From Sedimentisphaerales bacterium (GTDB taxonomy: Bacteria; Planctomycetota; Phycisphaerae; Sedimentisphaerales; SM23-30): 64,000 bases of DNA. The notes under the pieces are model-generated. The model was given only the letters and a program-made list of their open reading frames with translations, was not told the DNA's origin and did no database searches. Location: positions 32,001-96,000 of the forward strand of contig CAXXMR010000027.1 in the NCBI GenBank assembly GCA_963663805.2. The letters are read 5' to 3'. Shown here piece by piece: positions 16,835-27,404 of this stretch. Within the stretch, counting starts at the first letter, position 1; every line of letters starts with the position of its first letter. Both the position numbers and the translations under genes were made by a program.

Positions 16835-19293
16835 TTTTGGGTCTCCTTGTTGGTATTAGTAATGGTACTTATCAATGTTGCGGTTACAACTCCGACGATA
16901 AAGGCGACGGGCATAAGCCAGAAAACGCCAATGCCCAGAATATTGTAAAACCCGATTGATACCGCTACAGCGACACTGGTTAATCCGCCGGCCAGGGTAC
17001 CGGTGACGGTTGCTTTTTTGACGAACAGGGCCATGAAGAATAATACGAACAGAGGGGCGACGAACAGATTGACGACTTTAATGACCACTTCGATTACGTT
17101 ACCCTGTACATTGCCTACGAGGAAGCTACAGGCCATGGAAAGGGCACCGATGGTGAATGAAATGAGCTGTACTTTGGATAGTGACGCTTCTTTTCTGGTT
17201 TTGCCGAAGCGTTTGATGATGTCTTCGGCGACAACTGATGCTGATGAGCTCAGCCCCGACGAAAGGCTGGACATAGCCGCGGCGAGCAGTCCCGCGGTTA
17301 CCAGCCCGGTCAGTCCGATGGGCAAGCCGACAACGATAAAGCGTGGAAACAGGGTGTCGGCGTTATCATATGTATTGGTGCCGGCCGCGAGCAGATAAGG
17401 GTGGGCCTGAAAATAAGCCAGTACCGCGATGCCGACGAACATTAGCAGGATTTGCACGATGATAGTGGTTACTGCCGAAACGGCGAAGGTTTTTCGGGCG
17501 GCCTTTACGTCTTTGGTGGCCAGGTAGCGTTGGATAGCCATCTGGTCGGAACCGGCGGTAAAAACATGCCAGGAAAAAATATAAATTATCATATTCAATA
17601 CGGTTCTGCCGCCCAGATTGATTGACCAGTCGAGTTGAGGCCAGTTTTCGGGCCAGGTTTGGGGCATCCAAGCGGAAACTGAACCGAAAGAGATGGTTAT
17701 TAGTACAAGCGTTAGTAACGCTCCGCCCAGCAGAATGATGGTTTGAATAACATCGGTGATGACCACCGCCTTGAGACCGCCGATCGAGGTATAAAGTATC
17801 GTCAATCCGCCCATGGCAGCGCAGATGAGAGGGATGTAGGAGCGGTCCACACCGAAAATGCCGATGATGGCGGTATCGACCGTGATGAATATGATTGTCG
17901 CCATCCAGAGGAAACGCAGGGACAGGAAGAAAAACGTTGCCAGCATACGGACGGGAGTGCCGAGTTTTATTTCGAGCAGTTCATAAGCACTGGTGACATT
18001 ACTCTTCATAAATTTGGGAATGAGGAACCAGCCTACAATAAAATAGATCGCAGGAAACGCCGCTAGTCCAATGAACAAGACCGGCCCATTTTTGATTGCC
18101 TCGCCGGGATAAGCCAGATAACTCAGGGCGCTGAGCATGGTGGCAAAGAATGAGAGGCCTACCATGAAAGGGTTCATGGCCCGCCCGCCGAGCAGAAAAT
18201 CTTCGGAATTTTTATTTCGGACGGAACACAGCCAGCCCACAACCAGCATAATCAGACAATACCCCGCCAGGACCACCCAGTCGAGCCATCTGAAACCGTA
18301 ATGACCTTTACGAAGCTGACAGAGTTGGGCCCAGGCGGCGGTCAGCCGAACATCAGCGTTGGTGGGATTGTCTATTTCGCCCTGTTCAGTGATAAGTGGA
18401 AATTTGTCGTCCCGGAGCTTTCGGATAACATCGGTTTCACAAACACTATCCATCAGGGCCAAGGCGATACATACTGTCCGCCTAATATTTTTATCGGGAA
18501 CAGTCGCCATCTCCAGCAATTCATCATAGAACTGCCAGTAACGCAAATCGTCAGCCAGAGGACAACAGACCAGAGCAGCAGCCAGAAGGTTCGCTCTGAC
18601 CTTTTGGTCCATATCCGTAGTAAAAATAACTTCGGCAAGCTCTGACCATTGAGCAGTGCCGAATTTTATTTTATGGAAACTCACAGCATAGGACGCAATA
18701 TTCATACGGGTCGGATTTCGAGTTAGAATTTCACGCAGAAGCATTTTGGTGGTATATGTTTTATCCTGAATCGCAAGCAGCCACGCGGTAAAGGCACTTT
18801 GGGTAATGTCATCACTATTATAAAGGCTTTGGGCGCGGGTTAACTGCCGGTCATTGAGCCGGATTTTAAGTTTCGCCAGTGTTTCGGTCGCATGGAGAAC
18901 ATCCGGTCCATCTTTATCCATAAATGCTTCGAGGATTTTGTCGATATAAATCTGACGCTGGTCGGGACGTTGATAGCATTGGGCCAGAGTACGCCAAATG
19001 CCGATGCGGTATTGCGGTTCGGTTCCGGCGGTTTCCTGCTGGTCAACAAAGATTTGCCGGATCGATTCCAGATCCTGCGGATAACCCAGAGCCAGCAGAT
19101 ATTCCGCCGCGTGGACCTTAACCCAGCCCTGCTGCGTTTGCAGGCTGTGACGTAAGATATTAAGGGCCTGTTCGCGAGGTTCGGCGTCAGCGGAATTATT
19201 TTTGTCGCTGGTATTATCGCAGCCGGACAGGGCGATGAGGGTGCAAATCAGAGCGAATATTGTTTTGACAGCTTTTGGGGTATTTTTTTTCAT
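16831..19293 (-). CDS. Sodium:solute symporter fused to an N-terminal lipoprotein helical (HEAT-like) domain
   Basis: Lipobox LSGC; ~330 aa helical domain; SSS motifs FLLGGR, GGLKAVVITD, DQMAIQRYL, AAAMSSLSS. Confidence 0.88.
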   Translation of the reverse strand: MKKNTPKAVKTIFALICTLIALSGCDNTSDKNNSADAEPREQALNILRHSLQTQQGWVKVHAAEYLLALGYPQDLESIRQIFVDQQETAGTEPQYRIGIWRTLAQCYQRPDQRQIYIDKILEAFMDKDGPDVLHATETLAKLKIRLNDRQLTRAQSLYNSDDITQSAFTAWLLAIQDKTYTTKMLLREILTRNPTRMNIASYAVSFHKIKFGTAQWSELAEVIFTTDMDQKVRANLLAAALVCCPLADDLRYWQFYDELLEMATVPDKNIRRTVCIALALMDSVCETDVIRKLRDDKFPLITEQGEIDNPTNADVRLTAAWAQLCQLRKGHYGFRWLDWVVLAGYCLIMLVVGWLCSVRNKNSEDFLLGGRAMNPFMVGLSFFATMLSALSYLAYPGEAIKNGPVLFIGLAAFPAIYFIVGWFLIPKFMKSNVTSAYELLEIKLGTPVRMLATFFFLSLRFLWMATIIFITVDTAIIGIFGVDRSYIPLICAAMGGLTILYTSIGGLKAVVITDVIQTIILLGGALLTLVLITISFGSVSAWMPQTWPENWPQLDWSINLGGRTVLNMIIYIFSWHVFTAGSDQMAIQRYLATKDVKAARKTFAVSAVTTIIVQILLMFVGIAVLAYFQAHPYLLAAGTNTYDNADTLFPRFIVVGLPIGLTGLVTAGLLAAAMSSLSSGLSSSASVVAEDIIKRFGKTRKEASLSKVQLISFTIGALSMACSFLVGNVQGNVIEVVIKVVNLFVAPLFVLFFMALFVKKATVTGTLAGGLTSVAVAVSIGFYNILGIGVFWLMPVAFIVGVVTATLISTITNTNKETQK

Positions 19294-19299
19294 ATCTCT

Positions 19300-21324
19300 C
19301 TACGGGCAGAATGTCGAGGGTTCCAAATTACAAATCAGCCAGTTCTCCGCCATTAGTTTCAGGTCGATAATGTCAACGCCACAATTGTTGTCGATATCGC
19401 CGGGGTAATTGTGGTCACAACCAGTCTCGAAGCTCCAGATCGGTCCAGTATAAACATTGTTCATAAGCACAATATCGACGCGCCAATAATAAACGGTAAG
19501 CTCGTCAAGTGCAATTTCTAATGAATTGCTGTCTTGAAGAATGCTGACCGGTGTTTCCGGCAGGGCAGGTGTGGTTCCTATGTATATGTTATACTGATAT
19601 TGCCCGGCGGGGTAGGCATTCCAGCTAAGTTCGGCATTTGTGGGGACGATTTCGTCGTTATGGGCAGGTGAATGACTTGTAAAATATAACAGATTGCTAT
19701 TTGAGGCAAGGTCGCCGCGTCCGCCGTTTATGTCGGTGGCCGATGTGACATCTTCCATGCTGGTATAACTATTGGTTGCAAGCGAGTAGATGCCGAAGGT
19801 GTCGTTGCCGTCGAAGGTTCTGAAAACGCATATTCGGTCGTCATTCTGATTTGAAAAAGCACAGCCGACCAGTCCGTTACTGGTATCACCGGTCGGCGTG
19901 GCAATATAAGTCAACTGGCCGGTCGAGGTGTCCAGTGACCAGATTTTGTTCGAGTTGCCGATAAGGTAAGCGTTGTTTTGAGAATCAAAGGTCAGGTCGA
20001 TGATGTTGTTGGCCTGGGAATAGTAGTTAGTGCCGCTTAGATTATAAGTTGCGATAATCGAACCGTTGGAATCGTTTATTTTTAGAAGTTGACCGGCCTG
20101 ATTGTCAACCAGCCAGAGATTGTCCTGTTTGTCAAAGGCGGCTGCGGCTGCGAAGTAACTTTGTTCTGTTCCCAACGGCACAACTTCCACTCCGTCGGGA
20201 CCGGCCAGGGTGGTGTTGTCTATCAGAACCATTTGGCTGGCAACAATACCGCTGTTGTCAGTTAAAGCGAAGGCAAGGGCCCTTCCCTGTGAGTTGATCG
20301 CCAGGGCGTCCAGGCAAACATATTCTGACTCCAAAGTTACCATACCGTGACTGGTGATATGGTTGTTGATCAGGTTGATTTCAAAAAAAGCCGTAGGGGC
20401 AGTCGAGTACAAGGGCGCGTCATTAGTTGCGGCGGTTTGTATTCCGTATACCATGTCATACTGAATAAGTGTATCGCCGCGAAACACTGCCATATCACCC
20501 CGGCCGCCTTCATTGCCGGTTACTTCCCGTACGGTGCCATAATATGTATAAGAACCTATAGTCTGGCCCGCTACCGAAAAGGAATAAATCGTGTCGTCAC
20601 CGCCCCAGGTGCGAAAAGCGTATATTTCATCATCGTCGCTGGGATTAACGGCAGCGCCGCACAAGCCGCTGGGCAGGGCTGGGCCGGTAATAGCCGTCAT
20701 TTGGCCGTTTGTCACATCGAGTGTCCAGACCAGGTTGCTGTTACCAACCACATAAGCGATATTCTGACTGTCGAAGCTGAGGTCCAGCACACTGTTGACC
20801 GCACTAGCGTTATATCCACCGCCTGTCAGCGTCACGGACGAGATAATTTCACCGTTGAGGTCGTTAATCTGATGAAGGAGACCGGAAATATTATCGATAA
20901 CCCATAAAATGTTGCTGTTGTCGTAAGCCGCTGCGGTAGCGAAATAGTCCTGCTGGTCGCCCAGGGAACAGGCGGTAATGTCGGTTTGAGACGACGATTC
21001 GGTATCAATTAAAATCAAGGTACTCTGGGCAGTGTCATTGGCGGGATCGGAAATAATAAACGCAACCATTTTGCCGAACGAATTAATCGCCAAGCCATCG
21101 GCTCTGATATAAACACCATCGACCTTTATGTTGCCATAACCAACAAGCTCCTGTGTGGCGGGGTTGATTTCAAAGAGCGAAGTCGGAGCGTCGCAATAAA
21201 CAGGAGCGTTGGCGTTATTAGTTTTGGATTGAATGCAAAATATGCTTCCTGCCTGAGTCTGGGCAATTAAAATGATGTGCATACATAATATATAAGTCCA
21301 GATAAATCGCTTATACATTGCCAT
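19300..21324 (-). CDS. Secreted protein with two beta-propeller-like repeats and a dockerin-like tail
   Basis: Signal peptide; duplicated domain ending GGRGD(M/L)A; YYWRVD module; GDIDNNCGVDIIDL...W. Confidence 0.7.
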   Translation of the reverse strand: MAMYKRFIWTYILCMHIILIAQTQAGSIFCIQSKTNNANAPVYCDAPTSLFEINPATQELVGYGNIKVDGVYIRADGLAINSFGKMVAFIISDPANDTAQSTLILIDTESSSQTDITACSLGDQQDYFATAAAYDNSNILWVIDNISGLLHQINDLNGEIISSVTLTGGGYNASAVNSVLDLSFDSQNIAYVVGNSNLVWTLDVTNGQMTAITGPALPSGLCGAAVNPSDDDEIYAFRTWGGDDTIYSFSVAGQTIGSYTYYGTVREVTGNEGGRGDMAVFRGDTLIQYDMVYGIQTAATNDAPLYSTAPTAFFEINLINNHITSHGMVTLESEYVCLDALAINSQGRALAFALTDNSGIVASQMVLIDNTTLAGPDGVEVVPLGTEQSYFAAAAAFDKQDNLWLVDNQAGQLLKINDSNGSIIATYNLSGTNYYSQANNIIDLTFDSQNNAYLIGNSNKIWSLDTSTGQLTYIATPTGDTSNGLVGCAFSNQNDDRICVFRTFDGNDTFGIYSLATNSYTSMEDVTSATDINGGRGDLASNSNLLYFTSHSPAHNDEIVPTNAELSWNAYPAGQYQYNIYIGTTPALPETPVSILQDSNSLEIALDELTVYYWRVDIVLMNNVYTGPIWSFETGCDHNYPGDIDNNCGVDIIDLKLMAENWLICNLEPSTFCP

Positions 21325-21353
21325 AAGCCTTTCTGTTGCGTTTTAGAGGCATT

Positions 21354-22826
21354 TTATTTTTCCCAGTCCATGAGCAAAAGAGCGAAATCATTCAGGTCAA
21401 CAATGCAGTCATCATTCAGGTCTCCTTGCGGGTGTGATTGGCAGATTGGCTCACCGGAAACGAAACTCCAGACATCCCCGGCATTCAACAAAGTACCGCT
21501 GTCGTCGCGGGTATCGACTCGCCAGTAGTACTCTGTGTTTATATCCAATATTCCCAGTCCGGCATAAGAAAGTTCGGTAACATTGTCCTGGAAAATCAGA
21601 CTTGCCGAGTTAGTCCCAAAATACACATCATAAGAAACTGCTTCTCCAAAACATTGCCAGCTCAATTCGGTTTCAAGCGGCACTTCTGCTTGCTCGTCAT
21701 AAGGTTGGGGATTATAAGGCTGATTCGGTTGGCCGAAATTGCCGTTTACTATGGCAAAGTAAATATTGGGCGAACCTCCTTCATGGCCGGAATAATAACT
21801 AATGTACAAAGTATTACCGTCCAGATAGAGTCCGGCATAACTGTTGTCACCGCCGCTGGGCAGTTCCAGAAGGTCTTCCCAAAGACCGTCTTTGGTGATT
21901 TCGAATAGTCCGGTCATTTTACTGCCGGTCGAAGTACTCTGATATTGACGGCCCGCGGCGAGCAGGCGACCGTTGGGCAAGATAATGAAATTTGGTCCGC
22001 CGATTTCGCGGTGAAGTGAATTTTCATCGAGCAGAGCGTTCCAGCTCCAGGTCGTATAACCGCCGGCCAGATCGGACCAGCCGATATACGCTTGATTCGC
22101 ATATGATCGTACGAGGCAAATCATCTCGTCATTATTGGCAAATCTCAAAGTCATCTCGGAGCTTCTTGCCGGCAGGGGCATTTTGACGACGGCGTTGAAC
22201 TGAATGCCGTCCGTCGAGTTGAAAAGCCAGTGGTCCTGATTGGGATGGGCGGAAATCGAGCGATACGAGGCAGTGTAAGCCATGCTGTTATTCCAGGTCA
22301 GTCGCCAGGGCCATTCCGATTCGTATTGCTGATAAACACCGTCCGGGCCTGCAAATGTTTCTATCATGGGGCCAAACTCGCTATTAACCGAATCCCAGAA
22401 TGATATCCAGGTCTTGCGTCTTTCCAGATATGTCCCTTCATAGTCGGCCCCGGTAAACCAGACCATCAACTGGCCATTGTCGTCCATGGCGAGTTTTGAG
22501 TCCCGCAGGTCAAAGTCGTCCATCCGAAAATCTGCGACTCTGGTCCAGGCGATTCCGTCATTAGATTTGATTACCGCGATTCGACCATCACGTCCACCTA
22601 CATGTGCGTTACTCTCGCGAAAGGTTACAAAGAAACTGTCGCCAACGAAAGCCAGGTCCGTAAAAGCACAATAGCTGTCAATTACGCCGGGCTCACGTTG
22701 GCCCTGCGTCCATATTTTGCGTACCGCCTCAAGCTGCAAATTGAGGTCGGAGGCAAAGGAGATGGAACTGAAAAGAAAGAGAAGTCCGGTGATATTTCTA
22801 ATAAATCTGCTGTGTTTCATTGCCAA
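21354..22826 (-). CDS. Sialidase-like propeller with YYWRVD module and dockerin-like tail
   Basis: Paralog of 15764 and 22838; GDLNDDCIVDLNDF...W. Confidence 0.75.
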   Translation of the reverse strand: MAMKHSRFIRNITGLLFLFSSISFASDLNLQLEAVRKIWTQGQREPGVIDSYCAFTDLAFVGDSFFVTFRESNAHVGGRDGRIAVIKSNDGIAWTRVADFRMDDFDLRDSKLAMDDNGQLMVWFTGADYEGTYLERRKTWISFWDSVNSEFGPMIETFAGPDGVYQQYESEWPWRLTWNNSMAYTASYRSISAHPNQDHWLFNSTDGIQFNAVVKMPLPARSSEMTLRFANNDEMICLVRSYANQAYIGWSDLAGGYTTWSWNALLDENSLHREIGGPNFIILPNGRLLAAGRQYQSTSTGSKMTGLFEITKDGLWEDLLELPSGGDNSYAGLYLDGNTLYISYYSGHEGGSPNIYFAIVNGNFGQPNQPYNPQPYDEQAEVPLETELSWQCFGEAVSYDVYFGTNSASLIFQDNVTELSYAGLGILDINTEYYWRVDTRDDSGTLLNAGDVWSFVSGEPICQSHPQGDLNDDCIVDLNDFALLLMDWEK

Positions 22827-22837
22827 TCCTTTTGCTT

Positions 22838-23947
22838 TTAATTGGCCGCTGAGGAGTTATTGAAGTTGCCATTGATGACCGCGAAATAAATGTGAGGTCC
22901 TTTTTGGTGCTTGGAATAATAGCTCATATACAATTTATTTCCGTCGATATGCAGGCCGGGATAACCATTATCGCCGCCGCTGGGCAGTTCGATGGTATCG
23001 GTCCACAAACCATCCCGGGTAATCTCAAAAATTCCGGTCATGGGTCTGCCGCTGGAAGTTTTTTCATATTGACGACCAGAAGCGATCATTCTGCCGTTAT
23101 CAAGAATCAGAAAGTTTGGCCCGCCAATACGCCGATGTGTACCGTCCTTGTCTTTTAGAGGTTTCCAGGTCCAGTTGGTATAATTTTCCGCACGGGTTGC
23201 CCAGCCGATATAGGCGAGGTCTTTGTCACGGCTGCGGCCAAAGCATACAATATTGTCATTTTCAGAAAAACGTAACGCCATTTCACACATCAAAATCGGT
23301 GCTTCCAGTTTGACTACCGGTTTATACTTTATCCCGTCAGCGGACGAGAACAGCCAGTTGTCCCTGTTGTTACTTGATGACACCCATCGATACGAAGCCG
23401 TGAAAGCTTTTCCATTATGCCAGGTCAGAGCCCAGGGCCATTCGGAATTGAACTCCTGATAATTACTGCCGGTATCGGGAATTGTTTCTGTGACAGGACC
23501 AAATGCCGACTTGCTGTCATCCCAGAATGCGATCCAGGTTTTTCTGCCCTGCAAATATTTGTCCTTGTAATCAGCACCGGTGAACCACACTGCCATTTTT
23601 CCCTGAGCATCTATCGCGAATTTGGAGTCCCGCAAATCATAAATATCATTGCGAAAATCCGCTACTCTCTGCCAGTTTTCCCGGTCCTTGGAGCGAATTA
23701 CCGCGATCCTGCCGTTTCTGCCGTAAACGTGCCTGTCACTCTCGCGAAACGTAACATAATAATACCCGTTCAGGAAAACCAGGTCAGTGAAAGCACTGTA
23801 GCTGTCAACTACACCCGGTTGTCGTTCGCTTTGCGCCCATATTTGCCGGACAGATTCGATTTGAAGACTCAGTTCATCGCCTTGGACAGAGTTGAGGATG
23901 GAGATTGTTACTAAAAACGCGGTGATGTATAACTTCCTGTGGTTCAC
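22838..23947 (-). CDS. Secreted sialidase-like propeller (stand-alone)
   Basis: Close paralog of the catalytic part of 21354-22826; probable GTG start. Confidence 0.75.
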   Translation of the reverse strand: MNHRKLYITAFLVTISILNSVQGDELSLQIESVRQIWAQSERQPGVVDSYSAFTDLVFLNGYYYVTFRESDRHVYGRNGRIAVIRSKDRENWQRVADFRNDIYDLRDSKFAIDAQGKMAVWFTGADYKDKYLQGRKTWIAFWDDSKSAFGPVTETIPDTGSNYQEFNSEWPWALTWHNGKAFTASYRWVSSSNNRDNWLFSSADGIKYKPVVKLEAPILMCEMALRFSENDNIVCFGRSRDKDLAYIGWATRAENYTNWTWKPLKDKDGTHRRIGGPNFLILDNGRMIASGRQYEKTSSGRPMTGIFEITRDGLWTDTIELPSGGDNGYPGLHIDGNKLYMSYYSKHQKGPHIYFAVINGNFNNSSAAN

Positions 23948-24050
23948 TTCTGGGCCTTTCTGCGATCTTTGTTTAAGGTGAAAGCAGGTCTGAAGACAAC
24001 ATCTCATCCCCAAACCTGCTTTGTTGGGTTCTAAACGAAAATGGTTTTAC

Positions 24051-26234
24051 TTACTTGCAGGTTGGTACCACGTTGCAAAGCATCCATTCTTCAGTAAACT
24101 TGGCAAAGTCATTGAGATTGACTATGCAGTCGCCATCGAAGTCAAAAGTCGGGTCCTCAGCACAAATCTCCACACCGGAAATCAGGTCGGTGTACAGGTG
24201 GGCAACCGCCACATTGTCCAGAGGATAGCTGAATATTCTGATTTCATCTATGTAACCGACCAGACTCGCCTCGCCGGTAATTCTTCCGCCAAAGACCAGG
24301 GGAACTTCCGGCAGGGCTACAACCGCACCAGTGTTGACTCTTTCGGTTATATATTCACCATCAGCGAACAGTTTCATTGTGCCGACCCCGTCGTAGGTGA
24401 TAGTGAGCAGATGCCAGGCATCATCCGCAAACACGCTGGTAGCGTTAATGGAACCGCCCAGGTTCGGAATTCCGCCCCCGGCATTGCCGTTGGCATAGAT
24501 GTGCATGTAGAAGCCGCCGTTATAGCCCGGTTCGTTATTTCTCATGGGGTTGACGGTTTCGGTCTGAGCGGCATCAAGTTTGATCCAGCAGCTAGCGGTC
24601 ATGCCCAAAGGATAGAAGTCTATCCATTCGGCACCGGGAATTTCAACAATCAGCCCATCGCCGGTAAACTCAAAGGCTTTGCCCGATACCCCGCCAGCAA
24701 CATATCTTGAGCTTGGGTCCGGCGTAGGATTGTTTTCGTTCGGGTCAATGAACGAGCCATGATGGATGCCAAGTTGGTCATTGAGGTTGTCTTCAAACTT
24801 CCAGTGGGCCATCAGACGTTTAGTCCACAACTGGGCGATATTTGACAAAACCAAACCCGCACCATTGGAGGCTTCGCAATAGTAATATCCCTCGTCAGTC
24901 TGCTGAACGCCGGAAATCAGCAATGTTGCGTCAGTGCCTACCTGGGTGTCATCGCCCGGAGTGTTATTAGCGGCATCGAGCGAGCGATACCATTTGTAAC
25001 TTTCGATATTCAGGCCGACAATAGAAAATTCCGCCGGGTCACCAATCGCTGAAATCGTGGATTGAGGGTCTGCTGAAATATAGGGCACCTGCGGTATCGT
25101 GGTGAAATTCCACACACTGCCCGTTTTTGTTGAACCACCAACTATCGCGTCAACACGCCAATAATAAGTGGTGTCATTGATAAGGTCTGCGGGGAATTCG
25201 TAGCTCAGGCCGGTGATGCCGCTTACTACTGTTGTACCCACCGCGCCGAAGTCGTTATCGTCGGCACGGTAGTTAAGTGTATAACTGCTGGGGGTGCCCA
25301 AATCGGGGGCTTCCCAGCTTAAGTCCGTGTCAATGGCGATCAGAATAGAACCATTACCCGGCGTGGGGTTTTTTGCCAGCTCGGTATAGCCCAGAGAGGC
25401 CAGGTCGCCGCGACCGCCTTCGTTGTTGGTAATCGTGCGAATTGAACCTAAATTTACTTCCGTTCCGATTACGTCACCGGCAACCGAGAATTTTTTGACT
25501 GTGTCGTCGCCACCAAAAGTGCGGAATGCGTACATCATGGTATCATCATCCGGGTCGAGGGCACAGCCGCACAAACCACTGGAAAGACTCGCACCGGTAA
25601 GTCTGGTCATTACTCCGGTGTTGACATTAGCTTTCCAAACATAATTTGTATTGCCGACAATATAGCAGATATTTGTACTGCTGAATGCCAGGTCGAGAAC
25701 CGCGTTGGTCTGGGGGGCATAACCGCCGCCGCTCAGAGTGACAGTTGTTATGATTGACCCGTCGTTGTCGTTTATCTGGTACAATTTGCCGGAAATATTA
25801 TCTATAGCCCACAGTTGACCGGAGGTGCTATAGGCTGCCGCGCAGGCGAAATAATTCTGCTCAGCGCCCTTGGGGCTCGCTGCTACCTCTGTCCCTCCCA
25901 GACTGCTCATGTCAAACTCAATCAGTTGGCTTGTCGCGGTGCTGTCAACAGGGTCGCTGATGACAAAACCCACAAGTTTGCCCGGCTGACAAGCCAGCCC
26001 CTCAACACGCACGTCCAGCCCCTGCACCAAAACATTGCCGTGGCTGGTAACAGTATCGGTTGCAGTGTCAATTTCAAAAAGCGTGGTAGGCGGGTCACAG
26101 TAAACCGGGATATTGCCATTATTGGTGGCTATTTGCGTACCGTAAATAGTACCCGCGTAAACGTGATTCGCTCCGGACGAAAAAATCAAACACATCCCGC
26201 AAAGCAGTAATGACAGAATTTTTTTCATACTCAT
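24051..26234 (-). CDS. Secreted multidomain protein: propeller, Ig-like, LamG, dockerin-like
   Basis: NEGGRGDLA domain, DEGYYYC Ig, WHLLTITYD/GYIDEIRIF LamG, DFDGDCIVNLNDF. Confidence 0.75.
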   Translation of the reverse strand: MSMKKILSLLLCGMCLIFSSGANHVYAGTIYGTQIATNNGNIPVYCDPPTTLFEIDTATDTVTSHGNVLVQGLDVRVEGLACQPGKLVGFVISDPVDSTATSQLIEFDMSSLGGTEVAASPKGAEQNYFACAAAYSTSGQLWAIDNISGKLYQINDNDGSIITTVTLSGGGYAPQTNAVLDLAFSSTNICYIVGNTNYVWKANVNTGVMTRLTGASLSSGLCGCALDPDDDTMMYAFRTFGGDDTVKKFSVAGDVIGTEVNLGSIRTITNNEGGRGDLASLGYTELAKNPTPGNGSILIAIDTDLSWEAPDLGTPSSYTLNYRADDNDFGAVGTTVVSGITGLSYEFPADLINDTTYYWRVDAIVGGSTKTGSVWNFTTIPQVPYISADPQSTISAIGDPAEFSIVGLNIESYKWYRSLDAANNTPGDDTQVGTDATLLISGVQQTDEGYYYCEASNGAGLVLSNIAQLWTKRLMAHWKFEDNLNDQLGIHHGSFIDPNENNPTPDPSSRYVAGGVSGKAFEFTGDGLIVEIPGAEWIDFYPLGMTASCWIKLDAAQTETVNPMRNNEPGYNGGFYMHIYANGNAGGGIPNLGGSINATSVFADDAWHLLTITYDGVGTMKLFADGEYITERVNTGAVVALPEVPLVFGGRITGEASLVGYIDEIRIFSYPLDNVAVAHLYTDLISGVEICAEDPTFDFDGDCIVNLNDFAKFTEEWMLCNVVPTCK

Positions 26235-26307
26235 CGTAATGTCCTCCAGTAAAAGTAGTAAAATATTATTCAATACCTGATTCTTGCTAAACGATCGCTA
26301 GGTTTAG

Positions 26308-27270
26308 TTATGCATTGACTTTTGTCGGCCGGGACTGCGGAATTTCAACCTTGAGATAAGGCCTAGAGCCCAGCCATCCAAAAAAACCTAGTTTGGCCAT
26401 ATCTTTTTCCAGTGCCAGTATTTGGGTGTTCGTCAAAGCCACCAGCGGCAAGCGAGTCGGGCCACAATCCATGCCTACCAGTTTCATCGCCGCCTTGAAT
26501 GCAGCCAGACCACCGTGATCATACAATAACCGACATATGCTCACCGCTTTCAATTGCCATTGGCGAGCGGTTTCCAGGTCACCCTGCTGAAAAGAGTTTA
26601 TTACACGCTGATAAATCGGGGCCGCGAAATTGTACGAAGTCCCCACCGCTGAAGTGCCGCCCACGCTCATAGATGCCAATAGCATTTCGTCCGAACCGAA
26701 CAAAATATTGTAACGACCATCCTGAAAGTTTACGCACCTCTGAAAGTCGTGAAGATTATGAGCACTGAATTTCATGCCAGCCAGATTGGGGAACTGCTTT
26801 TCGCCCAGACGCAGCATTTCCACCGTATCAAAATCTATTCGCGTTGTACGCGGGATGTGATAGTAGTAAAACGGTAATTCCGGGGCAGCATCACAAATAT
26901 GTTTGAGCGTGGCAACCAGAGCTTCAATCGAAACGCACCCGTAATAAATCGGTGGTACCGCTGCCATGGCATCAGCACCTGCCTTAAACGCGTGTTTGGC
27001 TAAGACTTTCGCTTCTTCAATAGATTCATGACCTACCGATACGATTACCGGTACTCGCTTGTTCGCGGCCTTGATATATTCTTCCGCAACTGCCATACGT
27101 TCCTGACAGCTCAGCAACGCTCCTTCACCCGTTCCACCTCCAACATAAAACCCCTTTATATCCTGCTGTATCAGGGACTCTGCTATATCGGAGATTCGAC
27201 CCAGGTCTACCCTGCCGTCTTCCCGAAAGGGTGTAAAAACTGCGGCGATGAGTCCACTACATTTAACCAT
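26308..27270 (-). CDS. DHDPS-family aldolase, probably N-acetylneuraminate lyase-like
   Basis: TPF, GGTGE, YYYHIP, GMKFS, FGSDE; sialidase-like neighbourhood. Confidence 0.85.
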   Translation of the reverse strand: MVKCSGLIAAVFTPFREDGRVDLGRISDIAESLIQQDIKGFYVGGGTGEGALLSCQERMAVAEEYIKAANKRVPVIVSVGHESIEEAKVLAKHAFKAGADAMAAVPPIYYGCVSIEALVATLKHICDAAPELPFYYYHIPRTTRIDFDTVEMLRLGEKQFPNLAGMKFSAHNLHDFQRCVNFQDGRYNILFGSDEMLLASMSVGGTSAVGTSYNFAAPIYQRVINSFQQGDLETARQWQLKAVSICRLLYDHGGLAAFKAAMKLVGMDCGPTRLPLVALTNTQILALEKDMAKLGFFGWLGSRPYLKVEIPQSRPTKVNA

Positions 27271-27404
27271 TATTGTTCTCCAAAATGTCGGCCTATACTA
27301 CACATGCGACATGAAATCACATAAAAATCAAAACTCAAGATACTTTTGAGGGATTGCTTAACTCGCGTTCCCTTTAAAACTTCGCCAATTGAAAACATAC
27401 GAAC

